A stretch of DNA of 64,000 nucleotides from Candidatus Woesearchaeota archaeon (GTDB lineage: Archaea > Nanobdellota > Nanobdellia > SCGC-AAA011-G17 > GW2011-AR18): contig CAZCCK010000004.1 in assembly GCA_964497265.1 (NCBI GenBank), forward strand, positions 606 to 64,605. Reading direction: 5' to 3'. Shown here piece by piece: positions 29,552 through 37,560 of this stretch. A program made the position numbers and the translations under genes. How positions within the stretch are numbered: position 1 is the stretch's first letter; every line of letters begins with the position of its first letter. The notes under the pieces were generated by a model. It was not told the DNA's origin and searched no databases. It was given only the letters and a program-made list of their open reading frames with translations.

Positions 29552-30169
29552 TTGATGGATCTTATCGCGCAGGGTGCAGAAGCAAAGGTTTACAAAAAGG
29601 GTTCTACCTTAATTAAAGAGAGAGTTTCAAAATCCTATCGGGTAAAAGAGATTGATGAGAAGTTAAGGGTTCAAAGAACGCGTTTGGAGGCTAGAATTTT
29701 AGAAAAAGCAGCTAAAGCGATAAATGTTCCGAAAGTGAAGAAGGTGGATGAGCTTTCTGGAAAATTAGAATTAGAGTTTATAGAAGGAAATAAAATAAGT
29801 GAATGTTTAGATGCTTTAAGTAAGAAAGAGAGAAGCAAAGTGTGTGCTCAGATTGGAAAAGAGGTAGGGTTGTTACATTATTTGGATATTATTCACGGAG
29901 ATTTGACAACTTCGAACATGATCTTATCTAAAAAGAAAGTGTTTTTGATAGATTTTGGGTTGAGTTTTGTTCATGCGAATGTAGAGCATAAAGCGGTGGA
30001 TTTGCACTTGTTAAAGCAGGCCTTTGAGAGTAAGCATTGGAGGCATTTTGAATCAAGTTTGAAAGAAGTCTTTGCCGCGTATAAAAAAAATGCTAAAGAC
30101 GCTCAAGCTGTTTTAAAAAGGCTAGAAGTAGTTGAGTTAAGGGGAAGATACAAAAGAAAGGGGAGTTAA
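29552..30169 (+). CDS. bud32: Bud32/PRPK atypical kinase (KEOPS subunit)
   Basis: LIAQGAEAKVYK glycine-loop analogue, IIHGDLTTSNMIL catalytic loop, LIDFGLS. About 205 aa. Confidence 0.7.
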   Translation: MMDLIAQGAEAKVYKKGSTLIKERVSKSYRVKEIDEKLRVQRTRLEARILEKAAKAINVPKVKKVDELSGKLELEFIEGNKISECLDALSKKERSKVCAQIGKEVGLLHYLDIIHGDLTTSNMILSKKKVFLIDFGLSFVHANVEHKAVDLHLLKQAFESKHWRHFESSLKEVFAAYKKNAKDAQAVLKRLEVVELRGRYKRKGS

Positions 30170-30200
30170 GTTTTTTATAGGAATAGTTTTTACCATTTGG

Positions 30201-30437
30201 ATGTCTGAAAGAAAATATGGCTTATTGCATCCTAAGCCTGCAAAATCTGTAGCAGATCTCGTTCTTAGACCTGGTTCTTTCATTGGAAACGCGCAGAGAG
30301 TGATTCGTATTGAGGAGAAATTGAATGGAGAATATGCGCTTGAGGATTTAATTGGGATGTATCTTGTTACAGGCCTTGTTGAAGCGACAAGACTCGCTTT
30401 GTATTTATATGTTCCTTATAAAATGCTTTCAGTCTAA
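30201..30437 (+). CDS. Small hypothetical protein; paralog of 30477..30725
   Basis: Shares the C-terminal block LVTGLVEATRLALYLYVPYK with the next gene (YLVASVGEAIRLGIYATLAYK). Confidence 0.35.
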   Translation: MSERKYGLLHPKPAKSVADLVLRPGSFIGNAQRVIRIEEKLNGEYALEDLIGMYLVTGLVEATRLALYLYVPYKMLSV

Positions 30438-30476
30438 ATAAAAAGGCTTTTTAACTTTAAGATCTAAAAAATAGAC

Positions 30477-30725
30477 ATGAAAAGATCCTTAGAGGATTAT
30501 TTCGTAACTTTTGATGATAATCATCTGACTAATTTAGTAAAGCTTATTTTCGTGCCTACTTCTTGTTTTGCTTTTACAAATGAAATGCGGTATTGGAGAG
30601 ATTTTATTGGTGGAATTGATGGTTATCAAGGTTATCTTGTCGCGTCAGTTGGGGAAGCAATCCGTTTGGGGATTTACGCGACTCTCGCCTACAAGTTTTA
30701 TGAAAATGCGCAAAACGTGTTATAA
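30477..30725 (+). CDS. Small hypothetical protein; paralog of 30201..30437
   Basis: See the previous feature. Confidence 0.35.
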   Translation: MKRSLEDYFVTFDDNHLTNLVKLIFVPTSCFAFTNEMRYWRDFIGGIDGYQGYLVASVGEAIRLGIYATLAYKFYENAQNVL

Positions 30726-30805
30726 GTGAGAGCTAATTAAAAACAGAAGCTTTTAAAAGAAATCCAGTTCTCAGTTTAATTAGCCCCGCTAGGCACTTTG
30801 GTCAT

Positions 30806-30930
30806 AGCCCCGTCGTCTAGCGGCCAAGGATAAGCTTACTTTTTAAGTAGGTTCCTTAAAGTGGCCTTTGGTAGGCAGAATGCTTTCCTAAAGAAAGCCA
30901 TTGACCGCAGTTCAAATCTGCGCGGGGCTA
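30806..30930 (+). tRNA. Intron-containing tRNA, anticodon loop TTTTTAA (Lys-UUU candidate), with a roughly 50-nt insertion between the anticodon stem and the variable/T region
   Basis: Acceptor AGCCCCG/CGGGGCT. D-arm TCTAGCGGCCAAGGAT. Anticodon stem CTTAC/GTAGG, possibly extended. T-arm CGCAG-TTCAAAT-CTGCG. 125 nt total versus about 75 expected. Boundaries may be off by 1-2 nt. Confidence 0.55.
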
Positions 30931-31011
30931 TATTATTCTCAAAAGATTTAAAAGAGACAGGTTTTTCTAATAAGAAGCACCGGGCGAAGTTAAAAGATCT
31001 ACCTGTATTAT

Positions 31012-31130
31012 AGCCCCGTCGAAGAGCTCTCTTGTTGAGGGTTCTGCGGAATCTAGCGGCCAAGGATATGGGACTCTGGATCCTATGACGGCAGTTAAGA
31101 GTTAGCCGAGTTCAAATCTGCCCGGGGCTA
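31012..31130 (+). tRNA. tRNA with two non-canonical introns, anticodon CTG (Gln candidate)
   Basis: Exons AGCCCCGTCG | TCTAGCGGCCAAGGAT-A-TGGGA-CTCTGGA-TCCTA-TGAC-GGCAG | TTCAAAT-CTGCC-CGGGGCT-A. The spliced length is 73 nt with all stems paired. Intron 1 is about 31022-31051 (D-arm). Intron 2 is about 31095-31110 (T-arm 53/54). Confidence 0.6.
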
Positions 31131-31214
31131 TTTTACGAAGTCTAGCTGAAATGTTATATTTTTTAAAAAGAGTATATACGTTAGGCTTATATCTGATTTT
31201 ATCTTTCTCATTTT

Positions 31215-31982
31215 ATGTCTGAACAAAATGTAAACACGAATCCTGACTCAAACAGAACTGTTTTTGGAAAAAACGAGGAGCTTGCGCTTGCGCGTTATCA
31301 GCAAGTTTTTGATTTAGTTAATCAGGCAGACCCTGTTTTTAAAAAAGAATTTGCGCGGGATGTCAGTCAGTTAATTGGATTGTGTGCTAATTATAGTGAT
31401 GCTCGAGAGCGTTTTGAAAAATTCAAGAAGTTATATGAAACGAATATGAATGCTCCGAATTTTTTGGTAAATTATGTTGCTGCTCAAAGAGAAATGGAAA
31501 TTTTAGAGGAGTCGCTGGAGCACAATTTGACTTATGTGAATGGTGAATTAATCCGCGATCAAAATATCGGGACAAAGCTTCCTTTTGGGGGTGTCTACGA
31601 CTCTAGCCTTGGGGGAATGGGTGAATGGGCGGTAATGTTAACAAAGGCTCTTTCGGTGAATACAGCGAAGACAGAACAGGCGTTAGAGATCTTAGCCGCT
31701 GAAGGTGAGGGAAGTAGGGGAAGAGTGTTAAGTCGCACATTCTATAAGGCAGTCGATCATTATAAAACAACTTTTGCTAAACAGGCTTCCATTCCTACAG
31801 GGGATGCGAGTCAGCAGTTGGAGGAAAATCCGATTACAACCGGGTATACTCATTTGAGACAGACTGCAGATCAGATTAATATGTATCTGGCTGAAAGAGG
31901 GGTTGAAGCTACTACTCGTATCGCGGCAGATAGGCCGTCATTGGAAAGGACGGTAACCGTTTTATATCATAAACGACATTAA
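31215..31982 (+). CDS. Hypothetical protein
   Basis: 255-aa ORF with no motif recognised. Confidence 0.4.
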   Translation: MSEQNVNTNPDSNRTVFGKNEELALARYQQVFDLVNQADPVFKKEFARDVSQLIGLCANYSDARERFEKFKKLYETNMNAPNFLVNYVAAQREMEILEESLEHNLTYVNGELIRDQNIGTKLPFGGVYDSSLGGMGEWAVMLTKALSVNTAKTEQALEILAAEGEGSRGRVLSRTFYKAVDHYKTTFAKQASIPTGDASQQLEENPITTGYTHLRQTADQINMYLAERGVEATTRIAADRPSLERTVTVLYHKRH

Positions 31983-32012
31983 ACCTATTCGTTAGTAGAA
32001 TGTTAAAACTAT

Positions 32013-32531
32013 ATGGCGAAGGTTTATAACTTATTTTTCTTTATAACTAGTATGGTGGGTGTAAGGGTGATTTTAAAAGAGGATCATGCGAAGGTAAAGA
32101 ATTTACTTGATCAAGTAAAGGACACTCCCGCGCAAGAGTTAAGAGAAGCTCTTTTTTTAGAGATTAAGGAAGAGTTAGAACTGCATATGATTGTGGAAGA
32201 AGAATTTTTTTATCCGTTAATTAAAGAGAAGAAAATGTTTGAAGATAATGTCGCTGTTTTTGAAAGGGCGCATAATGAAATTAAGGGTCTTCTTGAAGAA
32301 CTAAGCGCATTGGAAGTTGATTCAGAACAATTTTCAGAAAAATTAAAGAGTTTAAGAGAAAAAGTGGATATTTATCGCACTGAAGAGGAAAAAGTGGTGG
32401 ATAAAGTAGACAAAGTGTTTTCTCAAGGCAGGTTAGAGCTTATAGGGGTGGAGATTTTATCTCGGAAGGTAGCTTTATTGAGGGAGTCTTATCTTTTTAG
32501 CGAAGAAAGTCCTGAGGGAGTCGAGGCGTAG
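32013..32531 (+). CDS. Hemerythrin-like (HHE cation-binding) domain protein
   Basis: Repeated H...E spacing: EDHAKVKNLL, ELELHMIVEEEFFYP, FERAHNEIKGLLEEL. Confidence 0.45.
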   Translation: MAKVYNLFFFITSMVGVRVILKEDHAKVKNLLDQVKDTPAQELREALFLEIKEELELHMIVEEEFFYPLIKEKKMFEDNVAVFERAHNEIKGLLEELSALEVDSEQFSEKLKSLREKVDIYRTEEEKVVDKVDKVFSQGRLELIGVEILSRKVALLRESYLFSEESPEGVEA

Positions 32532-32613
32532 GAACTTTTATAAAAGAAGCCTGTTTCCCATTTTCTGATGAATAAGCTGGTGAAAGCTCGCTTATCTCGG
32601 GAGATAAAAGAAA

Positions 32614-33069
32614 ATGGCAAGAATGCATTCTAGGAAGAAAGGTCAGGCTGGTTCTAAAAGGCCTTCTAAGGAAAAAACTCAATCATGGTTAACGTATTCT
32701 GCTCAGGAAGTTGAGCAGTTAGTGTTAAAGCTGGGAAAGGCTGGAAATTCTTCAAGTAAAGTTGGAATTCTTTTAAGAGATGCGTATGGTATTCCAGATG
32801 TTGTGAAAGTGACTGGAAAGAAGATCATGCAGATTTTGAAAGAAGGAAAGCAAGCTCCAGAGTTGCCTGAGGATTTAATTCAATTGATTAAGAAGCAAAC
32901 GTTATTAATCAAGCATATTGAAAAGAATAAAACTGATATGGCGAGTAGAAGAGGTTTGCTCTTGACTGAATCTAAGATAAGACGTTTAACAAAGTATTAT
33001 CAGAGAAAAAAGGTTCTGCCCAAAGGATGGACTTATAGCGCTGAACAAGCGAAATTAATCGCTGGTTGA
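32614..33069 (+). CDS. rps15: 30S ribosomal protein S15 (uS15/S13e type)
   Basis: MARMHSRKKGQAGSKRP, LLRDAYGIPDV, PEDLIQLIKK, ESKIRRLTKYY, LPKGWTY. Confidence 0.85.
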   Translation: MARMHSRKKGQAGSKRPSKEKTQSWLTYSAQEVEQLVLKLGKAGNSSSKVGILLRDAYGIPDVVKVTGKKIMQILKEGKQAPELPEDLIQLIKKQTLLIKHIEKNKTDMASRRGLLLTESKIRRLTKYYQRKKVLPKGWTYSAEQAKLIAG

Positions 33070-34331
33070 GTATGTGGGAAGAAATTAAGCACGTAGGTAA
33101 GAATTTCGCGCTAGCTTTGGATAAATCTGTTCAGATGCAGATTTTTGTTCAGAGAAGTGTGGACGGTATTGCTGCTGGTACGATTCTTTCCAAGGCCTTA
33201 GCAAGAAAGGATTTTAATTTTTCTCTTTCTTTTTTTCAAGGTAAAGATAGTTTCAGCTTAGACAGTTCAAAGGTTCATTTTTTTATTGGTGCTCCAGAGG
33301 CTCCAGAAAGTGCTTTTCTTCTTACAAATACCGTCTCAAGTAGTTCGGGAAAGGTTTTAGGTTTTCAAGAGTGTTCTCTTTCTGTTTTAGCGTATGGGGT
33401 TGCGCTAGGGTTGAGTGAGGACAATAAAGATTTGCTTTATCTTGCTTTATTACCCTATCTTGCTGGTAAGCAAGTTCCTCAAGAATTGCTCAAAGAAACT
33501 TCTTTTGAAAGCAAAGAAGGTATTGTTGGTATGGGTTCGGCGAGCCAGCCGATTCATAGGATGTTAGAGCTTTCCGTAGAGCCTTTTCTTCCGGGTGTGT
33601 CTGGTTCAGAAGATGGTGCGTTTTCTTTTTTAAGAGAATGTGGGATTAGCGCCAAAGAGAATGGCAAGTTTAGAAGTTTTTTAGAATTGTCTGAAGGAGA
33701 AGTAAAGGAGTTTATCCATCAACTACAAGTGAAAGTGCCTTCTTTTCAAATAAAACCAAGATCTATTCTTTTGTTAAAAGAAGAAGATTCGATAATCAAG
33801 GACTTGTATGGTCTGTACCTGTTAATTCAGGGGGTTTTAGAGGCGGGGAATCCTTCTTTGGCTGTTTCTGTATGTTTGTATCCTAAGAAGTTTAGGCATA
33901 AAGCGTATGATGTTTTCTTGCAAAATAGAAGAACGTTAATTAATGCTTTGCAATGGTTTTATTTAGGTTTGGTGTCTGGAAGTTTTCAAGAGAAACAGCA
34001 GGTTGTTGTGGTGAATGTTGGTTCTCGTTTGCCGGAATTATTGGAGGAAGATTTTGTAAAAGTCGCCTTAACTCAGTGTAATGCGTCTAAGATTGTGTTT
34101 TTCTTGTTTTCCTCTTTAGAAGGTCACGGAAGAGTGATTTTTGGTTCCAAAAATGAAAGTGTGAATTTGAAGAATGTTGTTTCTAAGGTTCAAGAGCTTG
34201 GTTGTCAGGTTCAAACGTTGTCCTCTTTATTTTCTTTTAGTATTCCTCCTGCACTGGAGGCTACGTTAAGTGAGGGTTTGCTTTCTTTAAGCCAGGAGGT
34301 ATTAGCTGAAGAGCTCGTAAGAAGCTCATAG
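33066..34331 (+). CDS. Hypothetical protein, possibly a degenerate DHH-family (RecJ/Cdc45/GAN-like) protein. The call is speculative.
   Basis: Position immediately after rps15, as in many archaea. VQRSVDGIAAGTIL resembles DHH motif I with the catalytic residues replaced. Confidence 0.3.
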   Translation: MSMWEEIKHVGKNFALALDKSVQMQIFVQRSVDGIAAGTILSKALARKDFNFSLSFFQGKDSFSLDSSKVHFFIGAPEAPESAFLLTNTVSSSSGKVLGFQECSLSVLAYGVALGLSEDNKDLLYLALLPYLAGKQVPQELLKETSFESKEGIVGMGSASQPIHRMLELSVEPFLPGVSGSEDGAFSFLRECGISAKENGKFRSFLELSEGEVKEFIHQLQVKVPSFQIKPRSILLLKEEDSIIKDLYGLYLLIQGVLEAGNPSLAVSVCLYPKKFRHKAYDVFLQNRRTLINALQWFYLGLVSGSFQEKQQVVVVNVGSRLPELLEEDFVKVALTQCNASKIVFFLFSSLEGHGRVIFGSKNESVNLKNVVSKVQELGCQVQTLSSLFSFSIPPALEATLSEGLLSLSQEVLAEELVRSS

Positions 34332-34360
34332 AAAGCTTTATTAAATCGCCATTTTTCCTT

Positions 34361-34981
34361 GTGGAAATGGTAGAAACTGTTGCTAAGCAAGAAAGTGCTC
34401 CTCAAGAGCAGGTAGCTCCTCAGGCTTCGAAGAAGATTAAGAAGAAGTGGGTGAGTTTGATTGCTCCTAAAGAATTTAATAATGCTTTTCTTGGAGAAAC
34501 GTTTGTTGAAGAGCAAGAGCGTGCTGTTGGCAAAGTAGTGCATGTGAATTTGATGAATTTAGTGCATGATCCTAAGAAGCAGAATATGGTTGTTAGCTTT
34601 TCTGTGACTGATGTGAAGAATGCTCAGGCAAACACAATTCTTACTGGTTATGAGATTCCTCCTGCTCATGTGAAGAGATTGACAAAAAGGTCTAAAGCCA
34701 AAGTTGAGGATTCTTTTGAGTATGTTACGTCTGATAAGATTAAGATGAAGATTAAGACGATCTTAATGGTGAGATCTGAGACCGCTAAGTCTAAGCTTAC
34801 GTTATTAAGGATCGAGTCTAGAAAGTTTTTAGCTGATGTTGTCGCTAAGGAAACATTTAACAATGTGATGAGAAATGTTGTCGCTGGTAATTTGCAGCGC
34901 GATTTGAAAGGCGCTATTAAGAAATATCATTCTCTTTCTGCGGTGGTTATTCGTGTTGCTCAGAAAGTTCCTAATCAGTAG
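34361..34981 (+). CDS. rps3ae: 30S ribosomal protein S3Ae (eS1)
   Basis: KKKWVSLIAPKEFNNAFLGETFVEE and conserved blocks throughout. Length about 200 aa. Confidence 0.8.
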   Translation: MEMVETVAKQESAPQEQVAPQASKKIKKKWVSLIAPKEFNNAFLGETFVEEQERAVGKVVHVNLMNLVHDPKKQNMVVSFSVTDVKNAQANTILTGYEIPPAHVKRLTKRSKAKVEDSFEYVTSDKIKMKIKTILMVRSETAKSKLTLLRIESRKFLADVVAKETFNNVMRNVVAGNLQRDLKGAIKKYHSLSAVVIRVAQKVPNQ

Positions 34982-35427
34982 ATAATTGCTACAACCACTC
35001 CTTGAATTTGGTTTTCACGTATTTTTTCTGGATCTATTTCTTTGCTGTTATCTCCTTTGAGAATAAAGTAGGTTCCTTCTTGATCTTGATTCTTTGCTAT
35101 GATTCTGTGGATGATTCTTGTGTTTTGGGTTTGGTAAAGGACAATGTCTCCTACTTCGAAATCTTTTTTTGGCTGAATTAAAGCGTTGCTATTTTTATTT
35201 AGAGTTGGTTCCATTGAGTGAGTATCTTCTATTTGGATTAAAGTTGCGTTTGTTAAATTAAGGAGGACTTTATCTGGATAGACTTTAATTGTTTCTTGGT
35301 TAACCGTATTGGTTGGTGAAAGAATTGCGTTTGTAGTTAAGTTGGGTAAACTTTGAAAGGTTTGGTGAAGAAACCATCCTAGGCAAAGGAAAAGGAGGAA
35401 AAAGAAGAGTAGAGAGAATTGTTTCAT
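34975..35427 (-). CDS. Signal peptidase I, archaeal/ER type (S26B, Sec11-like)
   Basis: N-terminal TM. Catalytic Ser motif SMEPT. GDIVLY. His motif IIHRII. KGDNS (GDN box). Confidence 0.75.
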   Translation of the reverse strand: MKQFSLLFFFLLFLCLGWFLHQTFQSLPNLTTNAILSPTNTVNQETIKVYPDKVLLNLTNATLIQIEDTHSMEPTLNKNSNALIQPKKDFEVGDIVLYQTQNTRIIHRIIAKNQDQEGTYFILKGDNSKEIDPEKIRENQIQGVVVAIIY

Positions 35428-35480
35428 GGTAAGGAGAGTTTAGAAATCTATTTAAAGTTTGATAAGGGGGCTTCTTTAAC

Positions 35481-35583
35481 GCCACCGTAGCTCAGACTGT
35501 TATCTAATTTTAGATGATGGGAGCAATGGTAGAGCAGCTGACTTGTAATCAGCAGGTCGGGAGTTCAAGTCTCCTCGGTGGCT
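35481..35583 (+). tRNA. tRNA-Thr (anticodon TGT) with a roughly 29-nt non-canonical intron in the D-loop (about 35498-35526)
   Basis: GCCACCG-TA-GCTC-AGAC[intron]TGGTA-GAGC-A-GCTGA-CTTGTAA-TCAGC-AGGTC-GGGAG-TTCAAGT-CTCCT-CGGTGGC-T. All stems pair. The intron contains the hairpin ATCTAA/TTAGAT. TATA-like box tatttaaa about 27 nt upstream. Confidence 0.7.
35570..35583 (+). repeat. tRNA-Thr 3' end (tctcctcggtggct), which is repeated directly at 36554-36567 and inverted at 35636-35649
   Basis: 13 of 14 nt are identical in the direct copy (cttcctcggtggct). The inverted copy is agccaccgaggaag. Confidence 0.5.
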
Positions 35584-35672
35584 CTTTACTTCTAGAACAA
35601 AGCCCTTCATCATAGGCTCTATGCTAAGGGTACTAAGCCACCGAGGAAGCATCTGCTGTGAGGAGAGGTTTG

Positions 35673-36401
35673 TTATTCTCTTTTGAAGATATAATTAAGG
35701 ATAAACTCTAAACCCCCTAGCACTACTGACAAAAAAATAGAGGTTTTATTGTCTAAGGACAATTGGTTGCGAATAATCCAAAGAGTAGTTGCAGTAATTA
35801 AGAGAACCATCACGAATTTTCTGTTTTTTTCTATAAAAAACACGATTTTAGAAAGCCTTTTAAAAAAATTTCCAGGCACAAAATTTTCTCTAAAAAATAA
35901 AAAAGAGATTACCCAGTTACTAGTAGCTAAAAAACTCATGACCACCATTAGAATTCCAAAAACTGAAAATAAAATTAATTTGATAATCAAAGTCCAGTTA
36001 CTTTTTCCAGTAAAATAAAGTCCTAACCCCCCAATCGCAAACAAAAAACTCCAAACAATTACGTTTTCAAGAATAGATATTCTTTCTTTTAACTTATAAA
36101 AAGGAGAACTCTCTAATAATACAATATACTCTTCTTCATTTTTATTTTTAAGATCGTTTAATCTTTTTTTGAGCTCATTGATTCCAGTTTTGCTCACCTG
36201 GATATAAGGTACTTGTAATTTAGATTTAACTACCCACCCCTTCTTTTCCATAATTTTTAACAAACAATGAAAATCTTGTTCGGAAATCTCTAAATAGGGA
36301 GGTTTAATTTGATGATAAAGGACAGTTGGATCTAAACCATATGGGCTTATCCCTCCATCTAAAGTCATTAAAATCCAATTTTCAATCTTTTCAATAGACA
36401 T
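35673..36401 (-). CDS. Membrane protein with an N-terminal winged-helix-like domain and 4 TM helices; flanked by copies of the tRNA-Thr 3' end
   Basis: The N-terminus MSIEKIENWILMTLDGG...LEISEQDFHCLLKIMEKKGWVV is wHTH-like. Hydrophobic helices follow. Confidence 0.4.
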   Translation of the reverse strand: MSIEKIENWILMTLDGGISPYGLDPTVLYHQIKPPYLEISEQDFHCLLKIMEKKGWVVKSKLQVPYIQVSKTGINELKKRLNDLKNKNEEEYIVLLESSPFYKLKERISILENVIVWSFLFAIGGLGLYFTGKSNWTLIIKLILFSVFGILMVVMSFLATSNWVISFLFFRENFVPGNFFKRLSKIVFFIEKNRKFVMVLLITATTLWIIRNQLSLDNKTSIFLSVVLGGLEFILNYIFKRE

Positions 36402-36553
36402 ATTTTTAAGAAGGAGGACTCTTTATTAAAACTTACTTTTATTTAATCACTTCTCAGCAGCAGAGATGAAATTATATATCTCGAATTCTTTAAAAAAGTA
36501 TGAAAACATTCAATTATTTTTGTGTAAAAAAGAACCTATCCTTAAAGCATCGA

Positions 36554-36567
36554 CTTCCTCGGTGGCT
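36554..36567 (+). repeat. Direct copy of the tRNA-Thr 3' end, a candidate attR-like remnant
   Basis: cttcctcggtggct versus tctcctcggtggct at the tRNA 3' end, about 970 bp upstream. Confidence 0.45.
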
Positions 36568-36623
36568 TAATCTAGCTTTTCTATTCTAATAATTCTTATA
36601 AATCTTGAGGGTTTGTAGTTTGA

Positions 36624-37301
36624 ATGGAAGAGCGTTTAGAACAGCCTGAGCTTTCTTCAGAGATTGTGACTGTTGTTTTTGTTGATATTGTGGATTATAC
36701 GAATAAAACGAATCATTTGAACAGGCATTTGTTTATTGAATTGCATAATGCTTTTGATAGGATTTGTATTTCTTTATGTAAAAAGTATGGTGGTTCTGTG
36801 ATTAAAAAGATTGGTGATGCTTTTTTATTTGCTTTCAAATCCCCTACGAATGCTATTTTGTGTGGGATCCATTTGCAGAATAGTTTTGAGAGTTATAATA
36901 AAGAGCAGAAACCTCACGAACCGATTAAGATTAGAGTGGCAATTCATACCGGAGAAGTAATTTTAAGAGAGGGAGATATCTATGGTGATGCTGTGAATAT
37001 TGCTGCAAGGATTGAGGGTGTTGCTGGTCCGAATGAGATTGTGTTCAGTGGTGCTGTTTTTTTGGCGATGAATAAAAATGAGATTCCTTTTGTGCATGTT
37101 GGATTGTTTAAGTTAAAGGGGGTGAGTCAGCCTGTGAGGCTTTTTCGTGTGAAGGGTCATTATGATCGTATTTTGAGAAGGAAGAAGGTTTTAAGGAAAA
37201 GGTATAGGTTAGTTAAGCGTGTTATTATTACTATTATGGTCTTAAGTATTGTTGGAATAAGTGCTTATTTGATTTTGCCTTCTATTGGTTTTGTGTGGTA
37301 G
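36624..37301 (+). CDS. Class III adenylate/guanylate cyclase catalytic domain protein with a C-terminal TM anchor
   Basis: VTVVFVDIVDYT (metal-binding Asp), KKIGDAFLFAF, IRVAIHTGEV, YGDAVNIAARIE. Confidence 0.65.
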   Translation: MEERLEQPELSSEIVTVVFVDIVDYTNKTNHLNRHLFIELHNAFDRICISLCKKYGGSVIKKIGDAFLFAFKSPTNAILCGIHLQNSFESYNKEQKPHEPIKIRVAIHTGEVILREGDIYGDAVNIAARIEGVAGPNEIVFSGAVFLAMNKNEIPFVHVGLFKLKGVSQPVRLFRVKGHYDRILRRKKVLRKRYRLVKRVIITIMVLSIVGISAYLILPSIGFVW

Positions 37302-37560
37302 TTTAAGAGAAGTTTTGGATGCTGAGATTGTAAAGTTTTGATTGACTCCTTCTTCCTCTGGTTGTGCTAATATCGGGTAGTAACTTCCTGTGATATTGCT
37401 GCTAATTAAGTTCAGAGTGAGGTTAGTGTTCCTAAGAGTGCTTGTGAGGGATCTATCGTGTCTGTGCTTTAGCTAATAAGAAGAGAAGAGTTAAAATTTT
37501 CTTCTTGTTGGTTTACAATGAGGGTATAGATTTAAAGATTGTTAAGAGTAATTTTCCTTA

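Noticed and set aside
30836-31063. 75-aa minus-strand ORF
   Set aside because: It lies entirely over the two intron-containing tRNA genes. It is Arg-rich antisense noise.
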